Shown: positions 1 to 10,363, counted from the first letter of the stretch. The stretch is DNA of 64,000 bases from Candidatus Dojkabacteria bacterium (GCA_030950485.1 JAUZRK010000005.1:4449-68448); one strand, 5' to 3'. Notes: generated from the letters alone by a model not told the origin. Made by a program: numbers and translations.

Positions 1-2
1 AC

Positions 3-551
3 GATCTTTATCCAATAGTTCACAGAGCACATATTTTTTCACCTAAGGTAGTTGAATTTAGAAGAATAAATGGTATTGACTTAGAAAAAGAATTAGAGAA
101 TCCAAAAGGATATGTATATCACGGAACACCAAGAAGCAAGATAACTAACCAGATACCCGATAGTTGGATAGATAGTATGCAAGAAAAGGGATTTATTCCT
201 TCTGATGATGGGGCTGTTCATGCTTGGATTGGAACACCACTGAGAGCTCTTGGTATTGCTGATACCAACCATGTTTTTCAACCAACATATAGAATTAAAT
301 TAGATTAATTACCAGACAATATGGAAGTAGAGACAAAAGGTAAAGAGATTGGCCATGTAATTATACAGCTACCGTTAACTAAGAGTGGGCAATTTGATAG
401 TAAGAATAAAATTGGTACGCGATTTAGAGATGACTATGAAACTATTCCCAGTTTCGCAGTTGAAGTTTACTTTGGGGAGATAGGAGTATACGTACCTCTT
501 AACCAGTATAAAGAACTAAGGGCTAAATATTATAAGTTTATCTCCGATTAG
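3..551 (+). pseudogene. ADP-ribosyltransferase-fold (PARP/Tpt1-like) protein, 5'-partial, with in-frame TAA at 306-308
   Basis: Frame 3 is open from the window edge: ...GYVYHGTPRSK...SMQEKGFIPSDDGAVHAW...RIKLD*LPDNMEVETK. It continues in frame into ORF 321-551. YHGT...GF.P is an ART-fold signature. Confidence 0.5.
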
Positions 552-582
552 CTAGGCTTCCTGTGGTTCACTTGGATCTCCA

Positions 583-987
583 TCAAGTACTTCTGCTGGT
601 ATATGAATCTTTAAGCAGTTCATTTTCTTGCTCAGCTACACCATTGATTCTACCTATTCTATTCCTAACATAATCTTTAGTATGCTTGTCACTATGCTTA
701 GAAACTTCTTCAAATTTAGCCAGATTTGCTTTTAACTGCATCTTTCTATCATCATTATTAGGTTGCATTGTACAAAGAAAAGCCAGTTGTTCAATATTTG
801 CCTCTAACGCCTGTAGTGTATTTGGAGCATTTTCAATTGCATTGTTCCATTTCTGTCTAAACCTATAACCAGCACTTCTATGATTTTTATCTATTTGGTT
901 CTCTTGTCTTGAGAGTTGGAAATCTGATAATCTTTCTTTCCTTCTTGTCGCTCTGTTTCTGCTAATTATGTTGCTGTATTTTTCCAT
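583..987 (-). CDS. hypothetical protein
   Basis: 134-aa ORF, helical and charged, no recognised motif. Confidence 0.6.
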   Translation of the reverse strand: MEKYSNIISRNRATRRKERLSDFQLSRQENQIDKNHRSAGYRFRQKWNNAIENAPNTLQALEANIEQLAFLCTMQPNNDDRKMQLKANLAKFEEVSKHSDKHTKDYVRNRIGRINGVAEQENELLKDSYTSRST

Positions 988-1015
988 TACAAAAAGCTAA
1001 ATATTGAAATATAAA

Positions 1016-1042
1016 ATAAGGGAGCGGAAAGCACTCCCTTAT
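1016..1042 (-). terminator. intrinsic terminator hairpin after fasciclin gene
   Basis: ATAAGGGAG-N9-CTCCCTTAT inverted repeat with A-tract on the left. Confidence 0.7.
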
Positions 1043-1053
1043 AATTTAAAACT

Positions 1054-2046
1054 TTATGGTAAAAGTACAGTATCGATTACATGAACAACACCATTTGAAG
1101 TCTTAACATCTGCAAGACTAACCATAGCTCTGTTTTGATTTCCAACGATAAACACACCTTCATCAGTAATATCTACAGTCAATGTTTCTCCATTTAAAGT
1201 AGTAATTACTTGCACATTAGTAAGCTCATCTGAGAAAACTTCATTTGCAATTACATGATATGTTAAAACATTTTGAAGACTCTCTATATTTTCTGGTAAC
1301 AACAATGTTGCTACGCTATCAGAAATCTCAGCAAATGCATCGTTTGTAGGTGCAAAAACTGTATAGCTTGCGCTAGGATCAGCTAAAGTACTATCTAATT
1401 GAGCTGCAACTACAGCATCAACTAATGTAGATAATGTTGGAGTAGCAATTGCAGTATCAACAACAGTTCCAAATTGACCTGGAACTAATACGCTATCTAT
1501 AATATGAACAACTCCATTAGAAGTCTCTATATCAGCAGTTAGTACCATTGCATTATTAATATATACAACACCATCTATAATTCTAACTCTTAGAGTTTCT
1601 CCATTTAGAGACTCTACTATTTGTCCATCTCTTAGATCTGATGAAAGAACTTCAGAGTTCACTACATGGTAACCAAGTACATCTTGTAGTTGAGCCATAT
1701 TCTCTGTTAATAGTAATGTATCTACTGTTGGTTGAATTAAAGCAAACGCATTGTTTGTAGGTGCGAATACTGTGTAACTTGCATTAGGATTTGAAAGTGT
1801 ATCTACAAGCTCAGCTGCAGTTACAGCTGCTACCAATGTTGATAAATTATCCGTTGCTACTGCTGTTTCTACAATATTTGGATCTACCTCTGTATTATCC
1901 ATTTCCTCCTGAACCATTTCTGTATCACTTTCCTCATTAGCATCTTCATCACTTTCATTTAAAGCATAAAAGCTGATTGCTGCTACGAAAACTATTGCCA
2001 GTAATCCAAAGAAGTAAATAACTAGCTTATTTGACTTATTCTCCAT
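1054..2046 (-). CDS. membrane-anchored fasciclin (2x FAS1) protein
   Basis: N-terminal TM; two repeats of YTVFAPTN.AF ... YHV ... SNGVVH.ID.VL. Confidence 0.95.
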   Translation of the reverse strand: MENKSNKLVIYFFGLLAIVFVAAISFYALNESDEDANEESDTEMVQEEMDNTEVDPNIVETAVATDNLSTLVAAVTAAELVDTLSNPNASYTVFAPTNNAFALIQPTVDTLLLTENMAQLQDVLGYHVVNSEVLSSDLRDGQIVESLNGETLRVRIIDGVVYINNAMVLTADIETSNGVVHIIDSVLVPGQFGTVVDTAIATPTLSTLVDAVVAAQLDSTLADPSASYTVFAPTNDAFAEISDSVATLLLPENIESLQNVLTYHVIANEVFSDELTNVQVITTLNGETLTVDITDEGVFIVGNQNRAMVSLADVKTSNGVVHVIDTVLLP

Positions 2047-2129
2047 ATAATTAAACTAATAAATAAATAATATAAATATTCGAAACATATTTTAGTTTCA
2101 TAATTTAAGTAGAAGTTAGTGTACAAATC

Positions 2130-2654
2130 TTGAAAATTTTTAGAAAGAAGAATGAGATAATTGAGTTAGAAAGGCTTTTTGATAAGTACTTTACAGATAT
2201 TTATAAATTTTTTACTTTTAAAGTACAAAATAAAAATATTGCTGAAGATTTAACTAGCGAGACTTTTTTACGGCTGGCTGAAATTATAAAAAATAATACT
2301 AAAATAAATAATAATAAAGCTTTTATTTACGGTATTGCAAAGAATGTTTTTCTTGAGTGGTTAAAGACTAAATATAAACTTAATTCATTTAATGACATTG
2401 AAAATATAGACTTCTATAATTATGCAAATGGTTTTATAAACTCCTACGAAAAAAGTACTGAACTAGAAGAAATAGTAAAAAGACTTATAAAAAAGCTTCC
2501 AAAGAAACAAATGGAAATTTTGAATTATCGAATAAATGAAAAACTAACTCTAAAAGAGGTTAGAGAGAAAATTGGAAAAGATTATAATTATGTTAAAGTA
2601 ACTCAGAGAAGAGCGATAAGCAATATTAAAAAGCTTTTAGCTACAGAAACATAA
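2130..2654 (+). CDS. ECF sigma-70 factor
   Basis: AEDLTSETF region 2, FIYGIAKN, C-terminal region-4 HTH (LP.KQ...VKVTQRRA). Confidence 0.9.
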   Translation: MKIFRKKNEIIELERLFDKYFTDIYKFFTFKVQNKNIAEDLTSETFLRLAEIIKNNTKINNNKAFIYGIAKNVFLEWLKTKYKLNSFNDIENIDFYNYANGFINSYEKSTELEEIVKRLIKKLPKKQMEILNYRINEKLTLKEVREKIGKDYNYVKVTQRRAISNIKKLLATET

Positions 2655-2683
2655 ATGTACACTATTAATCACTTATATAATAA

Positions 2684-3505
2684 ATGAATAAAATAGATTT
2701 AAAAAAAGAAATAAATTTAATAGATTTTGAAGAGAATAAAAATTTTAAAAAATCTCTTCGAAAAAAATTTATTAAAAATGCTACTCCAACAGAAAGTAAT
2801 ATATTTTCTAAGATTCTATTAAGTCGACTAATATTAATACCTTTACTTTCGCTTGTAATTATCTTTACTGCGATTTTAATTTCTATCTCTACTGATAAAG
2901 ATAATATCAATTTAATAGAAACTAGTTATGCAGATATGTCTCAAGCTTCATTCATGCCTTTATATTATATTGAAAAATTTGATGAATATTCACAATCTAA
3001 TCTTCATCACCAAATGAACCTTGCGAGACTTCCACTTAATTACAACGAGAAGGATAGTTTCAATTTAGAGTCAGTTATTGAAATTGAAAAAGAAGAAGCG
3101 TTTTTAGATTGTCCAGAGGCTCTTCCTATAAGTGATTTTATTAATAAAATTACGGTTGTAGAAAAATATAAAAAGGGTAGTCCTAAAGATTATTCTTTTA
3201 GTATGAAAGTTGATTCTTCAAATGTAGATGATAAGATTTCTTATGAATATAAAGATGGTACTCTAATCTATAAGAACAATGAAACTGAGGAGAAAGTAGA
3301 GGATGAGAGCTTGAATTTACTAACTACCGAAAAGCCTAGTGAAGATTTTTTAGGTAAAGATGAATTCATAAAAATGTTGAGATGTAATGGAGAAGAGTCA
3401 GAAATCAACTATAAATTTGAGGAAAAGGATAGCGAAACTCTTCTTACGGCAAAGAGAAGAGATAAAACTCTTTTTACAATTAAAACTATTCAAAAATCAA
3501 TTTAG
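2684..3505 (+). CDS. putative anti-sigma factor (single TM)
   Basis: Directly downstream of ECF sigma; short cytoplasmic N-terminus, TM, extracellular domain. Confidence 0.55.
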   Translation: MNKIDLKKEINLIDFEENKNFKKSLRKKFIKNATPTESNIFSKILLSRLILIPLLSLVIIFTAILISISTDKDNINLIETSYADMSQASFMPLYYIEKFDEYSQSNLHHQMNLARLPLNYNEKDSFNLESVIEIEKEEAFLDCPEALPISDFINKITVVEKYKKGSPKDYSFSMKVDSSNVDDKISYEYKDGTLIYKNNETEEKVEDESLNLLTTEKPSEDFLGKDEFIKMLRCNGEESEINYKFEEKDSETLLTAKRRDKTLFTIKTIQKSI

Positions 3506-3514
3506 ACGAAATAT

Positions 3515-4387
3515 ATGAAAATTACTGTTCTTGCAGATGTATGTATAGACAATAACAGAGTAGAGGGCATTAGCTATAAATATTTCGGAGGTCCATGAAT
3601 GTATACTCATCTAACCTTAAAAATGTTTCAAGATATTGAATATACAATAGTTACAAATTTCTCTGATGACTTCGTTGAATTCACTAAAGGAGTGTCGTTT
3701 TTATCAAAAGAACCAAACTCTGATAAAACCTTAATGTACCAAAATATTGTAGAAAATGGACGTAGGAAACAAATTGCACAAAATTACGATAGAACTCATT
3801 TTGCAGATCCAATTGAGAAAATTCAAGAAGAGGTAAGAGAATCTGATCTAATTATATTTGCGCCCCTTTCACCTTATTATCAAATTGATCATATCAAGGA
3901 TATTCTTTCAGTTAAAAGTAATACTGCAAAATCTTTACTTTTACCGCAGGGATACTTAAGAAAATTCGATAGTAACGGTAATGTATTAGAAAGAGAATTA
4001 GAAGAAGTAGACTTGCTTTTCCCACTATTTGATTTTGGTATCTTATCTGATGAGGACCTGGAAGACTTAAGTCTTATTCCAGAATGGACAAAAAAACATA
4101 AAATCGGTTTAATAGTTACAAGAGGGAAAGATGGAGCTGACGTATACTATGGAGCTGATCTTTTTGATAATGGTGTGAAATATAATGTTTCAACAACACC
4201 TGTTGAGAATATAAAGGACTCAACTGGTTCAGGCGAAATATTTAGTGCAAGTTTTGCTTATATGTATGTAAAGACTAGAGATACTGGGAAAAGTATAGCC
4301 TTTGGAAATAAAGTAGCAGGTAGATGTTTACTTTACTCTCCTAGAGAGTTAGAAAACATGAATTTAGACAAACTATTTAGAAATTAG
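3515..4387 (+). pseudogene. PfkB/ribokinase-family carbohydrate kinase with in-frame TGA at 3596-3598
   Basis: MKITVLADVCID...YFGGP*MYTHL; C-terminal VTRGKDG and DSTGSGEIF motifs. The N-terminal PfkB strand lies upstream of the stop. Confidence 0.75.
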
Positions 4388-4403
4388 TTTACTATCCTTA
4401 TTT

Positions 4404-5336
4404 TCATTTATACCTAATTTCTGAATCATTATCTTTTCCAAAAACTTCATCTAGTTCTTCTTTGATTACAGCTAGATCATTTTCCTCAGAAAATATTGAT
4501 TTTAGAGTTTTTAGGATAGAAGATAAAAATTCTTCATAATCTTGATCTAATAAAGTAGTAGGAAAGAAATCAATCATATACAGAACTTTATTTATAGACC
4601 TTGCAATGATATCTATCGATTCAAATTGTTCTAGCTCAGATACTGAGTAAGCTAGCTCTAACATATCAATTAGTCGTAGATTCAGCAAGTTTCTATCTAA
4701 AATAAATTCTTCAAATTTAACAGCCAAATCTTTACGCCCTAAAAATAATTTTTCGGCTATTCTTATATTTGTATCAAAATCAGTACCTAGTAAGATTTCT
4801 AATTTTTTAATTATAAAACTAGGTCTTAAATAAAAAGGAGGATTAATAGCTAAATCAATATCACCTGATTGAACTACAAAACTATTATCAACCTCTATCT
4901 CTGGTTTGAAATTATAATTATGCAGCTTGCCATCACCAACCTCATCAAAGATAAAGATGTCACTTTCGTCTGCCAATATATTATATACATAAATTAAGTA
5001 TCTATTCGGATCAGATATATAATTTTGTCTAAAGTTCCTATCAAATATCATCATGCTAATTAATCTAGATGTTGCTACGATAGAAGAAGATACTCCATCT
5101 TTAGCGCACCATAAAAGTTTATCTGCATATTTAGGATCAAGTCCGAGTGATATGTCTAAATCAACTTCTACAAAATCTTGAAGTTCAATTTGAGATTTTG
5201 CATAAGTATCTCTCTGTGCTTCAATACTAATTCTGTCTATCACCTCTGCTCGATATAAACGTTTAAGACTACTAGCTGTACTAGTTGAATCATTACGAGT
5301 AAAACTACTTATTTGTGTGAGTATTTTATTTCTCAT
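4404..5336 (-). CDS. hypothetical protein
   Basis: 310-aa ORF whose start overlaps the ABC ATPase stop. Confidence 0.7.
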   Translation of the reverse strand: MRNKILTQISSFTRNDSTSTASSLKRLYRAEVIDRISIEAQRDTYAKSQIELQDFVEVDLDISLGLDPKYADKLLWCAKDGVSSSIVATSRLISMMIFDRNFRQNYISDPNRYLIYVYNILADESDIFIFDEVGDGKLHNYNFKPEIEVDNSFVVQSGDIDLAINPPFYLRPSFIIKKLEILLGTDFDTNIRIAEKLFLGRKDLAVKFEEFILDRNLLNLRLIDMLELAYSVSELEQFESIDIIARSINKVLYMIDFFPTTLLDQDYEEFLSSILKTLKSIFSEENDLAVIKEELDEVFGKDNDSEIRYK

Positions 5337-6319
5337 TAGCTTTTAAAAATATTTCCAATAATATCCTCCAGACTAACTTCAGACACATCTAAATCATCAA
5401 CTGGGAATTTAGCAAGAACATCTCCGGCTATTTTTGTATGAACTTTCCGATCAACAGATAGAGTAGCACTAAAACCAGCACCATCATAGTCGATTACATC
5501 ACCATACTGACTTAGATCTTTCTTTAATACTTTTTTATTAAATATAAACTTAAGATTCTTATGCGAAGCGTATTCTTTAATAAGATTATCAATTGCACCG
5601 TCAAACACTAACCCTCCTTTATTTATAATAATTAATCGGTCACAAAGCTCTTGTACATCATCCATATAATGACTAGTTAGAAGAATTGTATTTTCATGTT
5701 TTTTATTTAGATCAAGAAAAAATTCTCGAATTTTCTTCTGAACTACTATATCAAGTCCAATAGTTGGTTCGTCAAGAAATACAACTTCAGGTTTATGTAG
5801 AAGAGCTGCTAAAAGTTCACACTTCATTCTCTGACCAAGAGAAAGTTTTCTAACTGGAATATCTAAAATATCTTTAGCATCTAACATTTCTGAAAGATAC
5901 TCAACTTGAGTCTTAAATGTTTTATCATTCATTTCATAAATTTCTTTATTCAAGACAAACCCTTCCATAGCTGGAAGATCCCACCAAAGTTGTGATCTCT
6001 GGCCTAAAACAAGTCCAATCTTTTTAAGAAACTCTTTCTTTCTTTTAAATGGTTTATAACCTAAAACTTCAATGATTCCATCAGATGGATAGAGTATTCC
6101 AGAAAGCATTTTTAAAGTTGTTGTTTTACCAGCACTATTTGGTCCTATAAATCCTACCTTTTCTCCTTTTTCAATAGTAAAACTAATATCATCAACAGCC
6201 TTTATATCAAAGTGCTCACGTTTAAAGAGACTCTTCAAAGTACCTTTTAAACCAGCTTCTTTTTTATACTGTTTAAAGTATCTTTTCAAGTTCTGAACTT
6301 TTACTACTGGCTTCGACAT
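5336..6319 (-). CDS. ABC transporter ATP-binding protein (ABC-2 exporter)
   Basis: Walker A GPNSAGKTT, LSLGQRM, FLDEPT, TSH. Confidence 0.95.
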   Translation of the reverse strand: MSKPVVKVQNLKRYFKQYKKEAGLKGTLKSLFKREHFDIKAVDDISFTIEKGEKVGFIGPNSAGKTTTLKMLSGILYPSDGIIEVLGYKPFKRKKEFLKKIGLVLGQRSQLWWDLPAMEGFVLNKEIYEMNDKTFKTQVEYLSEMLDAKDILDIPVRKLSLGQRMKCELLAALLHKPEVVFLDEPTIGLDIVVQKKIREFFLDLNKKHENTILLTSHYMDDVQELCDRLIIINKGGLVFDGAIDNLIKEYASHKNLKFIFNKKVLKKDLSQYGDVIDYDGAGFSATLSVDRKVHTKIAGDVLAKFPVDDLDVSEVSLEDIIGNIFKS

Positions 6320-6414
6320 TTTGAAATTGTAAGATATTAAATATTAAGATCAGATCAGATTGTAAAGTATAAATTTATTTAGCTATGAAAGACAGTAACT
6401 AAGTAATTACCATG

Positions 6415-6480
6415 CCTTTTGCTTTTTGTATTTTGTATTTTTCCTTTTTCCTTTTTCTTACTTCTTATGTCTTACTTCTA
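6415..6480. repeat. degenerate heptanucleotide tandem repeat
   Basis: About 9 units, e.g. ATTTTGT ATTTTTC CTTTTTC CTTTTTC TTACTTC TTATGTC TTACTTC. Confidence 0.65.
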
Positions 6481-7290
6481 CCCAACCCCACTATACTTCT
6501 TCAAACCTTTATCCCAAAGTATTTTCGAAATAATATAGAAAATTACTATCATACAGATCTCAACTAAATACACTTCTAAATAAATTTCCCCATCTCTAAA
6601 AAGTTTAGCTGGATAGAATGATACAAAAGCTACTGGAAGGATTACCATCATAGTTACTCTTAGAATTTTATGTAGAGTTCCAAGTGGAATTCTTGCAAAA
6701 TTTTCAATACTTGTTCCGACTAAATCTCTAAACATATGCGCATTATCAATATAAAAAGATAATGAGATAAGAATCAGGTTAACAAAGTAAATTGCAATGA
6801 AACCTAATATGAATATTATAATTGAGTTCAATGAGACAAGTAAGTTAATGTTCTGAGTTCCACTTAACCCGTAGATCGCGAGTGGGATAACTGTAACGAA
6901 CATCGGAATGATTTGGGGAATGCTAACGCTTTTAAATGTAAGTATAAAATACCGGTTTACTGGTTTAGTAAGAATCATATCTAGCTCTCCAGAAATGAGT
7001 TTTTTTGGAAGTTCTCTAAAATTCTTAAAAAATATTATTACAAATAAATATACATAGATTTGTGAAAATACAAGTAGGAGGATCATATCCTTAAATTCCC
7101 AACCTTGAAATGTATCAATCTTAGAAAACAAAAATTTTAAAGATATTAACTGCCCCATAGTCCAAACTATATTTGCAAGTGCACTCATCATTAGATTAAA
7201 CCTATGACTCATAAGTTCAACTATAGAAACCTTTATAAATAATGAATATAGTTTTAGATATCTTTTAATATTATCCATTAGCTGCGTCAT
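6478..7290 (-). CDS. ABC-2 family permease (DUF990-type)
   Basis: About 6 TMs, GELDMILTKP, GLKKYSGVG C-terminus. Confidence 0.9.
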   Translation of the reverse strand: MTQLMDNIKRYLKLYSLFIKVSIVELMSHRFNLMMSALANIVWTMGQLISLKFLFSKIDTFQGWEFKDMILLLVFSQIYVYLFVIIFFKNFRELPKKLISGELDMILTKPVNRYFILTFKSVSIPQIIPMFVTVIPLAIYGLSGTQNINLLVSLNSIIIFILGFIAIYFVNLILISLSFYIDNAHMFRDLVGTSIENFARIPLGTLHKILRVTMMVILPVAFVSFYPAKLFRDGEIYLEVYLVEICMIVIFYIISKILWDKGLKKYSGVG

Positions 7291-8050
7291 AACTTTTTAA
7301 ACCTTTTTGAAAAGTGAATTGTGCAAGAATGAAAAATATAACAAACCAAATTACTGTAACAATAAGTCCTTGATATATATCTTTTTGCTCAAGTTGTCCT
7401 TGATAAATTTGAAGCTGAAATGCTCCCTGAAAATACGCTGGTGTATAACTTACAATATTTTGAATAGTGTTTGAAAAGAAATATATAGGTATTAAAGCTC
7501 CATTTATAATATCAAAAAACAAATCTACAACTGTCAAAGTATGACCGATTTCTCTTATCCAGAATGAAAGGGAACCCAGAAACCACATAAATGTATGCCA
7601 CATAAACTGACTTAGTACAAGTGAAATTAAAAAGTAAATGAAGTTAACTCCTGAGCTTGGGGCGAAAATATCTGGTCTAATTATCGCCGCTATTATAATC
7701 AAAATTGATGGTACTAATGTCCTTATAAATAGTATCGTAAAAATACTCATTATCTTAGTATATGGATAATAGGTCGGTTTAACTAAGAATGAATTAAGCT
7801 CCCCTTTTTGTATTCCATCAGAAATCCAATTCGCGATTTTACCCGTTCTTGTTGGTTTAAAAATAGAATAAAAAATGATGAAGTAGGCAAGAAGCATTTT
7901 TTCTTCACCTGGATTAGATGCAGTTAATCTCCATAGATAAAACATAACTAGTGCGTAAGTTACGTAATAAAACCAACTTACAAGCATATCGAATCTATAT
8001 GTAGAGATTAACGCAAAGTTCATTGTAACTAAGCGATAATATTTTTTCAC
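7271..8050 (-). CDS. ABC-2 family permease (DUF990-type)
   Basis: About 6 TMs, GELNSFLVKP, GLKSYDAANG. Confidence 0.9.
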   Translation of the reverse strand: MKKYYRLVTMNFALISTYRFDMLVSWFYYVTYALVMFYLWRLTASNPGEEKMLLAYFIIFYSIFKPTRTGKIANWISDGIQKGELNSFLVKPTYYPYTKIMSIFTILFIRTLVPSILIIIAAIIRPDIFAPSSGVNFIYFLISLVLSQFMWHTFMWFLGSLSFWIREIGHTLTVVDLFFDIINGALIPIYFFSNTIQNIVSYTPAYFQGAFQLQIYQGQLEQKDIYQGLIVTVIWFVIFFILAQFTFQKGLKSYDAANG

Positions 8051-8105
8051 AGACTGTGTTTTTAATGGGAATTAGGCATTGTAGCAGCTATTATTAGAGA
8101 GACAA

Positions 8106-8741
8106 CTATAAATTAAAGAAGAGACTGAAAAAGTCTAAAATTATAGATAAAAAACTCTTGCTTAAACCGTTTATACCTATTAGACCTGTAGGATTTGCTT
8201 TTATACTGTAGTCTAGTGCTTCATCTATAGATAAACCTTGATCATCAATTTTAGTTGAAGGTAATTTAACTTCCTCAGGTTCAATATACATAATACTGCT
8301 ATTTGAAAAATCTTCTCCCCTTCCATTCATTGATTCAGGCATAATTGAACTTGCAGTTGAATCTTCTATAATATTTTCGTCATATAATCGATAAAGCATA
8401 TCGCCATCTTCACTATAAACCTCATTATTTATTTCATTCCCTGCGAATGGATTTTCAAGAGACGGAAGATCCATATTTAAGCCATTAACAAAAGTATTTA
8501 CATCTTCTTTCACTACTTCATCATTTATCACTGTTCCATCCTGTGAACTTAATGAAAACGGTAATGCTACAAATAAAACTGCAAAAACTCCAATAATACT
8601 AAATTTGAAGAAATTAGTATTAAATAAATCATTTGATTTAGTTTCAGAAACTCTTCCAAAAACTTTCATAAACACTTTATCCTCCTGTTTCTCTGTCGGC
8701 TCTAAATCCTGTCTATATTGTTTTAATAATTCTTTAATCAT
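8106..8741 (-). CDS. putative anti-sigma factor (single TM)
   Basis: Downstream of ECF sigma; short N-terminus, TM, acidic extracellular part. Confidence 0.5.
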   Translation of the reverse strand: MIKELLKQYRQDLEPTEKQEDKVFMKVFGRVSETKSNDLFNTNFFKFSIIGVFAVLFVALPFSLSSQDGTVINDEVVKEDVNTFVNGLNMDLPSLENPFAGNEINNEVYSEDGDMLYRLYDENIIEDSTASSIMPESMNGRGEDFSNSSIMYIEPEEVKLPSTKIDDQGLSIDEALDYSIKANPTGLIGINGLSKSFLSIILDFFSLFFNL

Positions 8742-8828
8742 TTGATTAGAACTTATTATTTATTTCTAGCTATAGTAATTTTTTGTACTTATAACTTTAG
8801 CTACCTAATTACTACAAGTTGCTATTAA

Positions 8829-9380
8829 TTACTTTTTATTCTCTATTGCCAACTCCTTAGCCTTCTTAATCGCTCTATTTTGTAATACTTTTACATTTCC
8901 AACTGTTGTCTCCATAATTTTTGCCGTTTCTTTAAGAGAGTAGTTTAACAAAAATCTTAACTCTAATACTTCTTTATATCTTGGTTTTAATGATCCAAGT
9001 AATGCCTTTATTATTTTCTCATTTTCGACTTTCGACTTTTGACTTTCATTGTCTTCTGTTTCATTATTCTCGTCTCTCAAGTAATCTAAATTTTCATCAT
9101 CAACCAAAGCTGTTTTGTCTTTACTCTTATACCAATCATAAACAAGATGTTTTCCAATCGTATACAACCACGATTTAAAACTTGAATTTCCCTTAAAGTT
9201 CTCTAACTTCTCAAATGCTCTTAGAAAGCTCTCAGACACTATATCTTCAGCTCTTTCATTTGTATTGACCTTGTGTCTTACAAAAATATATAGGCTCTTA
9301 AAGTGCTCTCTATAAAGTTTTTCACGAGATTTTGAATCTCCATTTTTTGCTTTTTCAATAACTCTCTTTTCGAAGAGCAT
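8829..9380 (-). CDS. ECF sigma-70 factor
   Basis: AEDIVSESF, FKSWLYTIG, YSLKETA...NVKVLQNRA. Confidence 0.93.
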   Translation of the reverse strand: MLFEKRVIEKAKNGDSKSREKLYREHFKSLYIFVRHKVNTNERAEDIVSESFLRAFEKLENFKGNSSFKSWLYTIGKHLVYDWYKSKDKTALVDDENLDYLRDENNETEDNESQKSKVENEKIIKALLGSLKPRYKEVLELRFLLNYSLKETAKIMETTVGNVKVLQNRAIKKAKELAIENKK

Positions 9381-9528
9381 TTTACTATACTGTTAATAAT
9401 TTAGACTAAAAAGGTTACACAGAAAACATATTTTTTCTCAAGGGTTATATTTAAAATCAAAGACAAGTTATTTTTATGAATTTAGAAAAAAGTAATTTAT
9501 AGTAACTATTCACCAACTAACATATCAA

Positions 9529-9615
9529 TGTATTTACTACTGTATTTACTACTGTATTACCTTTATCTTATGCCTTATATCTTATGTCTTATGCCTTACT
9601 TCTTACTTTCTACTT
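9529..9615. repeat. 12-mer repeat (TGTATTTACTAC x2.6) followed by heptamer array (CTTA-NNN-type x7)
   Basis: CTTATGC CTTATAT CTTATGT CTTATGC CTTACTT CTTACTT TCTACTT. Confidence 0.75.
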
Positions 9616-9616
9616 T

Positions 9617-10324
9617 TCACTTCCTACCCCACTCATACAACCCAATCCCAACAGACACTGCTAAATTAAATGAATCAATATTTTCCGATTGAGGAATTTT
9701 TATAACCTCTCCTATTTTTAAAAGTTCTTCAGGAACTCCAAATGATTCAGCTCCAAAGAGCAGAGTAGAAGGCTTTTTAAATGTTACTGTATCAATATTC
9801 TTTTCAGTTCTTGAGTCAAAGATGTAAATATTTTCTCTATTAGATAAATATTTCTCAACATCTAAGACCAACTCTATATTCATTTTAAAAATCCCTCCCA
9901 TTGAACTTCTAATAACTTTTGGATTAAAAATATCAACAGCAGGTTCAACCAAAGCAATATTACTAATTCCAAACCCTAGTGCAGTTCTTATTATTGTTCC
10001 AATATTCCCGTAATCAGATGGATTATATAAAACTAAGTGTGTCTCATTTTGATTTAACTTTGACTCAAACTTATTGAATATTCCTATAAAGTAAGTATTT
10101 TCTTTTTCAGAAAGATCCTTAATTTGCCTATCTGCTTCTATAAAGTCTATATTAAACTTTATACATAGATTTTTAATTATCACAAAAGCTTCAGATTCAA
10201 CTGAAGCTGAACTATAAATAATTTTCACTATTTCACTAGGCTTATTATTTACTAATTCAATTGTAGGATAAGCACCTAATGTGTAAGAGTATTGTAATTT
10301 CTTCTTATATTTACTAAACTTCAC
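9617..10324 (-). CDS. TrmH/SpoU family RNA methyltransferase
   Basis: GNIGTIIRTA, FGAESFG, IPQ...DSFNLAVS SPOUT motifs. Confidence 0.92.
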   Translation of the reverse strand: MKFSKYKKKLQYSYTLGAYPTIELVNNKPSEIVKIIYSSASVESEAFVIIKNLCIKFNIDFIEADRQIKDLSEKENTYFIGIFNKFESKLNQNETHLVLYNPSDYGNIGTIIRTALGFGISNIALVEPAVDIFNPKVIRSSMGGIFKMNIELVLDVEKYLSNRENIYIFDSRTEKNIDTVTFKKPSTLLFGAESFGVPEELLKIGEVIKIPQSENIDSFNLAVSVGIGLYEWGRK

Positions 10325-10363
10325 TTATATCAATGTTATTATTAAGTATTATAAGATAAATCT

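Noticed and set aside
1054-2046. Internal DNA repeat as a diversity-generating retroelement template/variable pair
   Set aside because: Explained by two FAS1 domains; no reverse transcriptase is present in the window.
9395-9420. Autoregulatory ECF promoter (TGTAACC) upstream of the second sigma factor
   Set aside because: The -35-like element is plausible but I could not identify a convincing -10 element.
6415-9615. CRISPR array
   Set aside because: Units are 7-12 nt with no unique spacers, and there are no cas genes.
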